Part shown: piece by piece, positions 23,943 through 32,000 of the stretch
Position numbering within the stretch: the stretch's first letter is position 1
How the letters are laid out: each line of letters begins with the position of its first letter
Origin: Vibrio alginolyticus NBRC 15630 = ATCC 17749
GTDB lineage: Bacteria > Pseudomonadota > Gammaproteobacteria > Enterobacterales > Vibrionaceae
Assembly: GCF_000354175.2 (NCBI RefSeq)
Contig: NC_022349.1
Span: 660,001-692,000 of the forward strand
Direction: 5' to 3'
Length of the DNA: 32,000 nt
Notes under the pieces: model-generated
The model's input: only the letters and a program-made list of their open reading frames with translations
What the model was told of the DNA's origin: nothing
The model's database searches: none
Made by a program: the position numbers and the translations under genes

Positions 23943-25676
23943 CTATTTTCTACGGAACCCAAACAATCCAAGCATGGTCAAAGCTAACCAACCAAGACCT
24001 GCACCTTGACGCTCTGTCGTCGTTGAGTCAATGCTTCGAGATACGATGTCGTCCTTCGTTGCGTCAGCAATAGGTACTAGTTTGACGGCTACAATTTGCT
24101 CTTCAGAGCTACATGTCGCATTGTTTGCTGTTGTACTATAACCACCTGCACATTTCATAGCAGTGCCAGAGATCACACCTGCATCATTGATATCAGTTGC
24201 GTCGATAATACGAAACTGATTGTTTTGTTCAGAGTAATCACCGCCATTAGTCAAACTGTCTAGGAACCAAGCTTTTCCATTAAACAAAGTTGCAGCACGT
24301 TCACTAGTCTCGCCACCTAGGCTATATGGATAGATAAAACCGCGCTTACGACGTGGCTTGCCATCGTCTTCACGAGTCGTTTCCGCATCAAGTTGCCCGA
24401 CGATTTCATTGTAAGAGTTGATACCGCCCATCTTACCGCCCGCACCGCTAAAGAAAATGCCAGTAGTTGGGTAAAAAGCGCTAATAGAATCCTTACGAAC
24501 ATCATCTACGATAAAGAGACGATTCGGAGCAGAGCCCGTTGGCATTAAGTATCCGCCCGAACGTTTCGCTTCACCAATAGCAACAAAATTAGAGTTAACG
24601 TCGGTTAAGCGTGAGTTTGTATGAACCGTATCATCACCTTCGCGCTGTCTAGCTCCTACAACAACTTTATTTTTCCAAGTTGCGTTTTCAACTCTACCTT
24701 CGGCTTCTAGAGTTCCGACAAAAACAGTCGCATTCAGGTAGTTATCATCACTGTAAGTGTTGTAACCTACGCCATAGACCGTAGTTCCATCAGTGACAAG
24801 GTCACGCATGCTCCCTTGAGCTAACCTTTCTCCATCTTTAGATGTGCCACTTGGCCAAGCCAATTCACTGACGGTTCCGCTTTGATCCCAAATCGCTGCT
24901 TTTGATGTATGGTGAGATCCATTGGTATTGCTTGCTGTTCGAGAAACACTGCCAACAGTAAAAATGCCGTCTGTGCTCCAAGCATGGCTTTGCACAACAC
25001 TTGCGTCACTATCGCCAGTAAGAATATTTGGCTCTACTGGTGCAACTACGGTATTTCGTGTTTCTAATGTAGAAGCATTTTCTGTGCTAACTTTACTCTG
25101 ATTACCGACAGCTGCACCATCCTCGGTAAGCTGGTTGATAACATTGTTATATTCATTTTTATAAGCAGCAGAATCTTCTTCTATGAACGCTAACGCATTA
25201 GAAGTAAAGTCTTTACTACGTTCTTTATTCCACGGCGTCCAGTTTACTGAAGCCCAAGAGTCACAGGTGGAATAGCGAAGCTGGTTGTAACAGTAACGCT
25301 CAAAGTCTTTGAGTTCTTGGATGTAATAAAAGCCAGCGTCTAATCCGAATGGGATTTCTTCACGATAGCTGTTCCCATCCACGGCTTGTGTCGCTGAAAT
25401 CGGCGTAGTGCGAGTTTCCATTGCAAGTTTAAACTGCTCTGGCGTGCAGTTTGCTGCTGCATCAAAGCAGCCTAAAGCGAAAGGTGAACCTGTTGAAGGA
25501 TCTGTACCTGCATCGCCCTGTTGAATTGCAACCCCGTAAGCCGTTTGGTAGTCACCGTTTGAACCATGATCCTGAGGTGAAACCTCAACAACTTGATACA
25601 ATGCCGCCTGTGCGTTCATTGTGGTACCAACCATCATTGCAATGGCGGTCAATTTGAATTTATTACTACAATTCAT
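23943..25676 (-). CDS. Secreted DUF3466-like protein with a GlyGly-CTERM-type sorting tail
   Basis: 577 aa with signal peptide ...TTMNAQA/AL. The C-terminus QGAGLGWLALTMLGLFGFRRK is a Gly-rich motif, a TM helix and a basic tail, which suggests rhombosortase-type sorting. Confidence 0.5.
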   Translation of the reverse strand: MNCSNKFKLTAIAMMVGTTMNAQAALYQVVEVSPQDHGSNGDYQTAYGVAIQQGDAGTDPSTGSPFALGCFDAAANCTPEQFKLAMETRTTPISATQAVDGNSYREEIPFGLDAGFYYIQELKDFERYCYNQLRYSTCDSWASVNWTPWNKERSKDFTSNALAFIEEDSAAYKNEYNNVINQLTEDGAAVGNQSKVSTENASTLETRNTVVAPVEPNILTGDSDASVVQSHAWSTDGIFTVGSVSRTASNTNGSHHTSKAAIWDQSGTVSELAWPSGTSKDGERLAQGSMRDLVTDGTTVYGVGYNTYSDDNYLNATVFVGTLEAEGRVENATWKNKVVVGARQREGDDTVHTNSRLTDVNSNFVAIGEAKRSGGYLMPTGSAPNRLFIVDDVRKDSISAFYPTTGIFFSGAGGKMGGINSYNEIVGQLDAETTREDDGKPRRKRGFIYPYSLGGETSERAATLFNGKAWFLDSLTNGGDYSEQNNQFRIIDATDINDAGVISGTAMKCAGGYSTTANNATCSSEEQIVAVKLVPIADATKDDIVSRSIDSTTTERQGAGLGWLALTMLGLFGFRRK

Positions 25677-25683
25677 TGAATTC

Positions 25684-27603
25684 TTAACTATCCTGTTGCA
25701 TTGCTTCGAGTTCTTCCCATCTCTCGAATGCGATTTCCAACTCCTGCTCTAGTGCAGCAAGCTGTTCCAATACCGGCTGAGTTTGCTCTACAGGTTTAGC
25801 AAAGAACTCTGGATCGTTCACTTGCTCCTGAAGGCTCTCGATATCCGACTCTAATTGTTCAAGTTTAGCTGGTAGAGCCTCTAATTCTCTTTGCAGCTTA
25901 TACGATAACTTCTTCGAATTGTTCTTAGGTTGCGTAGTTTTGGGAGTTTCCTCAACCACTTTCTCTTTCTTCGTTGGTTTTTCAACCTGACTGCGCGAAG
26001 CAAGAACTTGGTCACGCTGTTGTTTAGCATCATGATAACCACCAACGAACTCTTCGATTATACCGTTACCCTCAAAAATCCAGCTGGTTGTTACTGTGTT
26101 GTCTACGAACTCACGGTCGTGACTCACTAACAATAATGTACCCTGATAATTGGCAAGCATTTCTTCTAAAAGTTCCAACGTTTCGATATCCAAATCGTTA
26201 GTTGGTTCATCAAGAATAAGTAAGTTGTTTGGTTTCAACAAGATACGGGCTAGCAATAATCGGTTTTTCTCACCACCGGAAAGTGCCTTAACCGGGGTTC
26301 TGGCGCGCTTAGGTGCAAATAAGAAGTCTTGAAGATAACTCAGCGCATGACGCTGACGTCCCCCAACCATTACTTCTTGTTTCCCATCCGCTAAGTTATC
26401 GATCACTGTCTTTTCTGGATCCAAAATCTCTCGGTACTGATCAAAGTACGCGACTTCTAATTTTGTTCCGCAGTGTAAACGACCAGACTGCGCTTCCAAT
26501 TGCCCTAGTAGCAATTTAAGTACCGTACTCTTACCGCAGCCATTTGGTCCGATAAGTGCAATACGGTCACCACGCATGATGTTAAAGCTAAAGTCGTCGA
26601 CAATTGTCTTGCCTTCGTAAGCAAAAGATACATTTTCTGCTTCAAATACAATCTTACCTGAACGAGAAGCATCATCGATGTTTAGGTTAACTTTACCTTG
26701 AACTTCACGACGGTCACGACGCTCTTCACGAAGTTTTTTAAGGGCTCGAACACGGCCTTCATTACGAGTACGACGTGCTTTAATGCCTTGACGAATCCAC
26801 ACTTCTTCCTGCGCTAGTTTCTTATCGAACTCAGCATTTTGCATTTCTTCGACGCGAAGCATTTCTTCTTTGTCATTCAAATACTGTTCATAATTACCAG
26901 GGAAAGAAGCTAATTGACCGCGATCTAAGTCAACGATGCGTGTCGCCATCGACTTGATGAATGCACGGTCGTGAGAAATAAAGATGATCGAGCCTTTGAA
27001 GTCTTTTAAGAAGTTCTCTAACCATTCGATCGTTGTCACATCGAGATGGTTTGTTGGTTCATCAAGAAGCAATACATCAGGATCACAAACCAGCGCACGA
27101 GCTAAAGCAGCTTTACGTTGCCAGCCACCGGATAGATCGGTCAGTTTGGTTTCTGGGCTTAGTTTTAAAGCGCCAAGTACGTTCTTAACACGGTCATCAA
27201 AGCGCCAAGCGTTAGAATGATCAAGTTGCTCTTGAACTTTCGCCAAACGGTTAATGTTCTTCTCACTTGGGTCTTGAGCAACAAGATCGAGAAGATCGTG
27301 ATAGATCTTCAAGTGTTCGCCGATTTCAGCCAAACCGCCAGATACGTATTCGTAAACCGTACCCTCTTGATTGCGCGGTGGATCTTGTTCAAGCCGAGAA
27401 ACTACTACGTCTTGAGTTATTTGAATCTTGCCATCATCCAACAAAATGTCGCCGGCAAGCACTTTCATTAACGTGGACTTACCTGCTCCGTTACGACCAA
27501 CTAAACAAACGCGTTCGTTTTCTTGAAGAGCGAACTCCGCTTTGTCTAGCAATGGGTGGTCACCAAATGCAAGTTGTGCGTTATGAATGGTAAGTAATGC
27601 CAT
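25684..27603 (-). CDS. uup: ABC-F family ATPase Uup
   Basis: 639 aa. Two ABC cassettes (GRNGAGKST with LSGGWQRK; GPNGCGKST with LSGGEKNR) and a C-terminal coiled-coil. Confidence 0.85.
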   Translation of the reverse strand: MALLTIHNAQLAFGDHPLLDKAEFALQENERVCLVGRNGAGKSTLMKVLAGDILLDDGKIQITQDVVVSRLEQDPPRNQEGTVYEYVSGGLAEIGEHLKIYHDLLDLVAQDPSEKNINRLAKVQEQLDHSNAWRFDDRVKNVLGALKLSPETKLTDLSGGWQRKAALARALVCDPDVLLLDEPTNHLDVTTIEWLENFLKDFKGSIIFISHDRAFIKSMATRIVDLDRGQLASFPGNYEQYLNDKEEMLRVEEMQNAEFDKKLAQEEVWIRQGIKARRTRNEGRVRALKKLREERRDRREVQGKVNLNIDDASRSGKIVFEAENVSFAYEGKTIVDDFSFNIMRGDRIALIGPNGCGKSTVLKLLLGQLEAQSGRLHCGTKLEVAYFDQYREILDPEKTVIDNLADGKQEVMVGGRQRHALSYLQDFLFAPKRARTPVKALSGGEKNRLLLARILLKPNNLLILDEPTNDLDIETLELLEEMLANYQGTLLLVSHDREFVDNTVTTSWIFEGNGIIEEFVGGYHDAKQQRDQVLASRSQVEKPTKKEKVVEETPKTTQPKNNSKKLSYKLQRELEALPAKLEQLESDIESLQEQVNDPEFFAKPVEQTQPVLEQLAALEQELEIAFERWEELEAMQQDS

Positions 27604-27823
27604 TATTATCCAACCAATGTGTGAGTTGTTCTAAGTCAAACGGCCAGTTCAACTCAGAATCTTGATATTTTAATACGGGTATTGTGACGCCGTAACGAGA
27701 AAATAGTACATCATCGAACGCAATATCAATGATATCTGTTTGCTCGGCCAAACCGACTTGGTCTACTAGAGCAAATGCCATCTCACAAAGATGGCATCCC
27801 TCCGTGCTATACAATATCAGCAC
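27581..27823 (-). CDS. Glutaredoxin-like small protein (DUF836 type)
   Basis: 80 aa with a GTG start. CHLC redox motif in LILYSTEGCHLCE. It overlaps the uup start by 23 nt. Confidence 0.6.
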   Translation of the reverse strand: MLILYSTEGCHLCEMAFALVDQVGLAEQTDIIDIAFDDVLFSRYGVTIPVLKYQDSELNWPFDLEQLTHWLDNNGITYHS

Positions 27824-27844
27824 GTATTAATCCTTTTGTTTATA

Positions 27845-29965
27845 CTACGCGTGCGTTACTAGCCAACAGTTATGAATCTGTTTATTACGCGCAAAATCTA
27901 ATGGTAACGTTTGAGAAGAAATATTCTGAGCCTTCAAACCCAATTCAGCGAGTGATTCTTCATCCATCTTGAAATGACGTTTGTTATTTGAAAATACGAT
28001 TGTGCCTTCACTTCTCAGTAAACGTTTGAGGTTCTTCATTAGCTTAATGTGGTCACGTTGTACATCGAATGATGTTTCCATACGCTTAGAGTTAGAGAAC
28101 GTAGGTGGGTCAATAAAGATCAAGTCGTACTCACCTTTTGCGTTTTCTAGCCATTGCAAACAGTCCGCTTGTTCATATTTATGTTGGCGCCCTACACAAC
28201 CATTAAGCTGCATATTGTCTTTCGCCCAGTTCAAGTAGGTGTTTGACATATCGACAGTTGTAGTGGAACACGCACCACCAACTGCAGCGTGCACTGTTGC
28301 ACTACCAGTGTAAGCAAACAAGTTAAGGAAATCTTTACCCTGTGCCATTTCGCCAAGACGACGACGAGTGATCTTATGATCCAAGAACAGGCCTGTGTCT
28401 AGGTAGTCATGAAGGTTAACGATCAGCTTCACACCGTACTCGTTTACTTCGAGCGTCTCTGATACCTGACCTAATTTTTGGTACTGGCTTCGACCTTTCT
28501 GCTTCTCACGAACTTTCAGTACAACTTTGTTCGCTTCGACACCGGTCACCTGAATCGTCGCACGGATAATGTCCGTTAGACGACGCTTGGCTTTTTCTTC
28601 AGGGATGTTCTTAGGTGCTGCGTACTCTTGAATCACAATTTGATCGCCGTACACGTCGATCGCTACGTTGTATTCTGGAAGGTCTGCATCGTAGATACGA
28701 TAGCAGTCTAGTTTCTCTTTACGAGCCCACTTGCCAATCTTGCCAATGTTTTTCTTCAAACGGTTTGAGAAGTCTGGTGCGATTTGAACGTTAGTATCTG
28801 CACCTTTAACTTCATCAGCGCTGCGCTCGGCAATGCTGTAGTTCTTTTGGTGACACGGTAACGCACCGTTGTTCAATTTAAACTGTTTATCAGCGCGCAT
28901 ACGAAGGCAACTCAAGAGCTCGTCTGAGCTAGAGAAGATAGATGCTTTACATCCGCCAAACTCAGATTTTAGCTGTCCACCGAATGCGGTATAGAGCGCA
29001 ATCAGCCCCGGCTCAGTTCCTAGACGCTCACCGTAAGGTGGGTTTGAAACGATAACACCCTGTTCAAATCCTGCGGGACGAGTAATAGTTGCAGCATCAC
29101 CTTGCGCAAACTCAATCAACTCTTCAACACCTGCTCTGCGGGCGTTTTCTTGAGCAACTTTTAATACTTTGGGGTCGTTATCGAATCCAAAAAACTTAGC
29201 GTCAACTTTCTTGACACCTCGTCTAGCTTGAACATTAGCCTCTGATTTAATCTCAGCCCAGGTCTCCGGTTCAAAATCTTCCAAAACTTCGAAGCCCCAT
29301 TGTTTGCGCTTAACGCCAGGTGCCATGTTGGCTGCCATCATTGCCGCTTCAATAAGCAAAGTACCAGAACCACACATTGGATCGAGTAATGGTTGATGCC
29401 CATCCCAGCCACAACGCATGATAATCGCAGAAGCAAGCGTTTCACGTAATGGCGCACGACCCGATTCTGGTCGATAACCACGCTGATGAAGACCACTACC
29501 TACCATGTCTACCCCAAGCAACGCTTTATCTTTATGCAAACGAACGTGAATACGAATATCTGGGCGTTCTTTGCTGATATTAGGACGTGGCAAGCCTTTG
29601 TTCTCAAAGCAATCTACGATGCCATCTTTGACCTTCATAGCTCCGTATTGGCTATTTCTAATCTCACGGTTTGTGCCGTTAAAGTCCACAACAAAGCGTT
29701 TAGAGCTATGAAATTGGTTAACCCAGTTAATAGTGGAAGTGGATAGATACAAGTCCATGTCGTTGTTACACGTGAACTCAGATAAAACACGTACAAATCG
29801 AGACGCTAAACGGCTCCACAAACAACAGCGATAAACCTGTTCGTTTGTCGCTTTAAATTTTACGCCTGCCTGTACTGGTTTCGCATTTTCAATGCCTAGT
29901 TTAGTCAGTTCTTCAACAAGCAAATTTTCCATGCCATTTGAAGTTACCGCGAGATATTGATTCAT
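27845..29965 (-). CDS. rlmL: Bifunctional 23S rRNA methyltransferase RlmKL (m2G2445 / m7G2069)
   Basis: 706 aa from the ATG at 29965 ([16 protein letters not shown]). Motifs [13 protein letters not shown] and NPPYGER, plus a C-terminal second methyltransferase domain with DPPTFS. Confidence 0.85.
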   Translation of the reverse strand: MNQYLAVTSNGMENLLVEELTKLGIENAKPVQAGVKFKATNEQVYRCCLWSRLASRFVRVLSEFTCNNDMDLYLSTSTINWVNQFHSSKRFVVDFNGTNREIRNSQYGAMKVKDGIVDCFENKGLPRPNISKERPDIRIHVRLHKDKALLGVDMVGSGLHQRGYRPESGRAPLRETLASAIIMRCGWDGHQPLLDPMCGSGTLLIEAAMMAANMAPGVKRKQWGFEVLEDFEPETWAEIKSEANVQARRGVKKVDAKFFGFDNDPKVLKVAQENARRAGVEELIEFAQGDAATITRPAGFEQGVIVSNPPYGERLGTEPGLIALYTAFGGQLKSEFGGCKASIFSSSDELLSCLRMRADKQFKLNNGALPCHQKNYSIAERSADEVKGADTNVQIAPDFSNRLKKNIGKIGKWARKEKLDCYRIYDADLPEYNVAIDVYGDQIVIQEYAAPKNIPEEKAKRRLTDIIRATIQVTGVEANKVVLKVREKQKGRSQYQKLGQVSETLEVNEYGVKLIVNLHDYLDTGLFLDHKITRRRLGEMAQGKDFLNLFAYTGSATVHAAVGGACSTTTVDMSNTYLNWAKDNMQLNGCVGRQHKYEQADCLQWLENAKGEYDLIFIDPPTFSNSKRMETSFDVQRDHIKLMKNLKRLLRSEGTIVFSNNKRHFKMDEESLAELGLKAQNISSQTLPLDFARNKQIHNCWLVTHA

Positions 29966-30382
29966 AGTGTTCTTTCGCTGATAAAAAATGGCTTCAATTA
30001 TACCTGACTTTACGATCAATGCCTCGTTTTTAAAGGTATTTTCCCACCCGTTAGTTCAAATCATCACCACTCAAATGATCTAAAACTTTCAACATCTTTA
30101 GTTTGAATGTTTTTCATTCATGAACGTATTTTGTTTCCTTTAGAAGAAGTGAATACTTATTTACATGCATTTTGGTATATACCAGTCGGGATTGGTTGAT
30201 GTAAATTACTTACAAACACCCTTTATAGGGGAATAAATAGGGTTGTTTTAGGCGCTAGGTTGCCTAATTAAAGGAGTAATCAAATTGAAATAAGTAAAAT
30301 AAAAGTGACCAGCTTCATGTTTGCATGCATAGAAAACAAACAGTTTCATGGTCTTTCGGATTGGAGTGTCAGAGGAAAGGAC

Positions 30383-30409
30383 AAAAAAAATCGACCCAAT
30401 AAGGTCGAT
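30383..30409 (-). terminator. zapC intrinsic terminator
   Basis: ATCGACC-CAATAA-GGTCGAT preceded on the plus strand by A8, which reads as T8 on the minus strand. It lies 43 nt after the stop. Confidence 0.8.
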
Positions 30410-30451
30410 TAAGGCAAACAAAGGAACGAAATAAAGAAAAATTAAACAGCT

Positions 30452-30995
30452 TTAACCCACCATTGCCATAGGGGTCATTGCAAAGAGGTGGTTTGCACAA
30501 GCCATGCGATCATGCATTACTTTAATCGGCTGCCCAAATTGAAGCGCCTTATTGCCATCAAGAACAAAGGCTTCTTGGTTAACATAAGCACATAAGCTCG
30601 ATGTTTCGCCTGGTTCTAGAACGATGAACATACCATCAGAATATTGATTTGTGAGAAAGACCATGTCCCCTTCTTGAGGTTCATAATCAGAGGACTGTGC
30701 ATCGAAGAACCAGCTCTTAGGCTGTACAGGTTTATGAAAAACGCTTTGCAGCAACACAATACAGTGTTAATTCAGCTTGGCGATATTCACTGATATCGAG
30801 ACAGCGAATGCGCTCATTAAACGTTTGAAATGCGCTGGCGTCATCAACGGTAAATTCACTGTTTGAGAAGGCACAGTTAACCAACAATTTTCGGGATAGA
30901 TTGGTTTGGAAAATCATTTCCTCCCCCAGATCCAGCATTAAGCAAGCTTTTTGCTCGTCAAAATACCAATTCCATTTGTCGCTGGGTTTAAGCAT
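30452..30995 (-). pseudogene. zapC: zapC (cell division protein ZapC) interrupted by a +1 frameshift in a T5/A5 run
   Basis: ORFs 30732-30995 and 30452-30757 are collinear with the N- and C-terminal halves of E. coli ZapC. MLKPSDKWNWYFDE...AELTLYCVAAKRF joins HKPVQPKSWFF if one T of the run at 30737-30741 is removed. Confidence 0.75.
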
Positions 30996-31089
30996 TATTC
31001 CGTTCTCTCTTGACTAGTTAAATCAGTGGTAAAGAGGTAAGACGCTTAATTACCTACTCGTGATTTTTAAATTCTACAAACGAACGGAT

Positions 31090-31121
31090 AAAAAAAAAGA
31101 GGAAACAAAGTCCTCTTTTTT
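31090..31121 (-). terminator. pyrD intrinsic terminator
   Basis: AGAGGA-AACAAAG-TCCTCT flanked by A9 and T6. It is bidirectional in form, and on the minus strand T9 follows the stem. Confidence 0.75.
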
Positions 31122-31163
31122 ATGTAACAGGTACTGATTTTTCAGTAGTTTTTGATGTATATG

Positions 31164-32000
31164 TTAAAGATTCTTAACAATATCACGTACGAGACCTGGG
31201 CCGTGGTAAATAAAGCCAGTGTAGACTTGAACAAGTTTAGCGCCTGCCATGATCTTTTCTTTGGCTGCAACATAGGAATCTACACCACCAACACCGATAA
31301 TTGGAAGTTTGTCTCCAAGCTCTTCATGAAGCTTACGTACGACCTCCGTAGAGCGTGATTGCACAGGGCGACCACTCAAGCCACCTGCCTCATTGGCGTG
31401 TCTCATCCCTTCTACGATCGTGCGATCCAAAGTTGTGTTAGTCGCGATCACACCATCTATATTGTTTTTCAATAAAGAATCGCAGATTTGGCAGATTTCA
31501 TCGTCACTTAAATCTGGCGCAATCTTTAATGCTAACGGGACATACTTGTTGTACTTCTCTGATAACTCCGCTTGTTTCGCTTTTAATTCGGAAAGCAGTT
31601 CATCAAGCGCTTCACCATATTGAAGTGAACGAAGACCTGGAGTGTTTGGCGATGAGATGTTTACTGCAATATAGCCAGCATACTCATACACTTTTTCCAT
31701 ACAAATCAGGTAGTCCTCTGCCCCTTTCTCAATTGGCGTATCTTTATTTTTACCGATATTAATTCCGAGAACACAATTGAATTTTGCTCGTTTAACATTC
31801 TCGATCAAATTATCAACGCCTAGGTTATTAAAGCCCATGCGGTTGATGATCCCTTCTGCTTCCACTAAACGGAATAAGCGTGGTTTATCATTACCTGGTT
31901 GTGGTCGTGGCGTTACAGTGCCGACTTCGACAAAGCCAAAGCCCATGGCATCAAATGCTTCAATACATTCGCCGTTTTTATCTAAACCAGCCGCAAGACC
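31164..32000 (-). CDS. pyrD: Dihydroorotate dehydrogenase (quinone), partial: the N-terminus lies beyond the window end
   Basis: The frame stays open to position 32000 ([45 protein letters not shown]...). [11 protein letters not shown] motif. Collinear with E. coli PyrD. Confidence 0.9.
   Translation of the reverse strand, partial: GLAAGLDKNGECIEAFDAMGFGFVEVGTVTPRPQPGNDKPRLFRLVEAEGIINRMGFNNLGVDNLIENVKRAKFNCVLGINIGKNKDTPIEKGAEDYLICMEKVYEYAGYIAVNISSPNTPGLRSLQYGEALDELLSELKAKQAELSEKYNKYVPLALKIAPDLSDDEICQICDSLLKNNIDGVIATNTTLDRTIVEGMRHANEAGGLSGRPVQSRSTEVVRKLHEELGDKLPIIGVGGVDSYVAAKEKIMAGAKLVQVYTGFIYHGPGLVRDIVKNL

Noticed and set aside
1-32000. CRISPR arrays, tRNA or rRNA genes, transposase or IS elements, and integrases
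   Set aside because: Visual inspection found no regularly spaced direct repeats, no cloverleaf-like or rRNA-like segments, and no DDE or tyrosine recombinase motifs.

Overview
The window looks like the terminus (Ter/dif) region of a Vibrio-type chromosome 1. All calls come from reading the translations and motifs by eye; no database search was possible. The conserved backbone has three parts. (1) The cbb3 oxidase cluster ccoNOQP-ccoH-ccoI-ccoS sits on the minus strand at 0.2-6.5 kb. (2) A FIST protein overlaps a cytoplasmic hybrid histidine kinase at 7.2-10.1 kb. (3) At 19.8-32 kb lies a block syntenic with the E. coli ter-proximal cluster: matP, lonH/ycbZ, fabA, rmf, uup, rlmL, zapC, pyrD. 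Between them, at 10313-19353, is a roughly 9 kb filamentous prophage with no integrase. It is flanked by two directly oriented dif-like XerC/XerD sites, so it is an IMEX integrated at dif. Its ORF-size series (122, 117, 81, 77, 491, 104, 380 aa) matches what I recall of the V. parahaemolyticus Vf33/f237 phage family. Several things deserve a second look. The first is an AT-rich cargo module at 17.0-18.9 kb. It holds an 84-aa acidic protein, a 3-TM membrane protein, two tandem proline-rich micro-ORFs (one with PPPPPPRPP) and a 132-aa acidic protein, and I recognise none of them. This is my best candidate for an undescribed system. Others are a DUF3653/XafT-like gene abutting the right att site and a DEDDh exonuclease module placed between the phage operators and rep. 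A perfect matS 13-mer lies inside the phage and is identical to a chromosomal one 3.8 kb away. The phage repressor ORF terminates inside the dif core. A secreted TolA-domain-III-like protein sits beside the integration site. zapC is split by a one-base homopolymer frameshift. No rRNA, tRNA or CRISPR array was seen.
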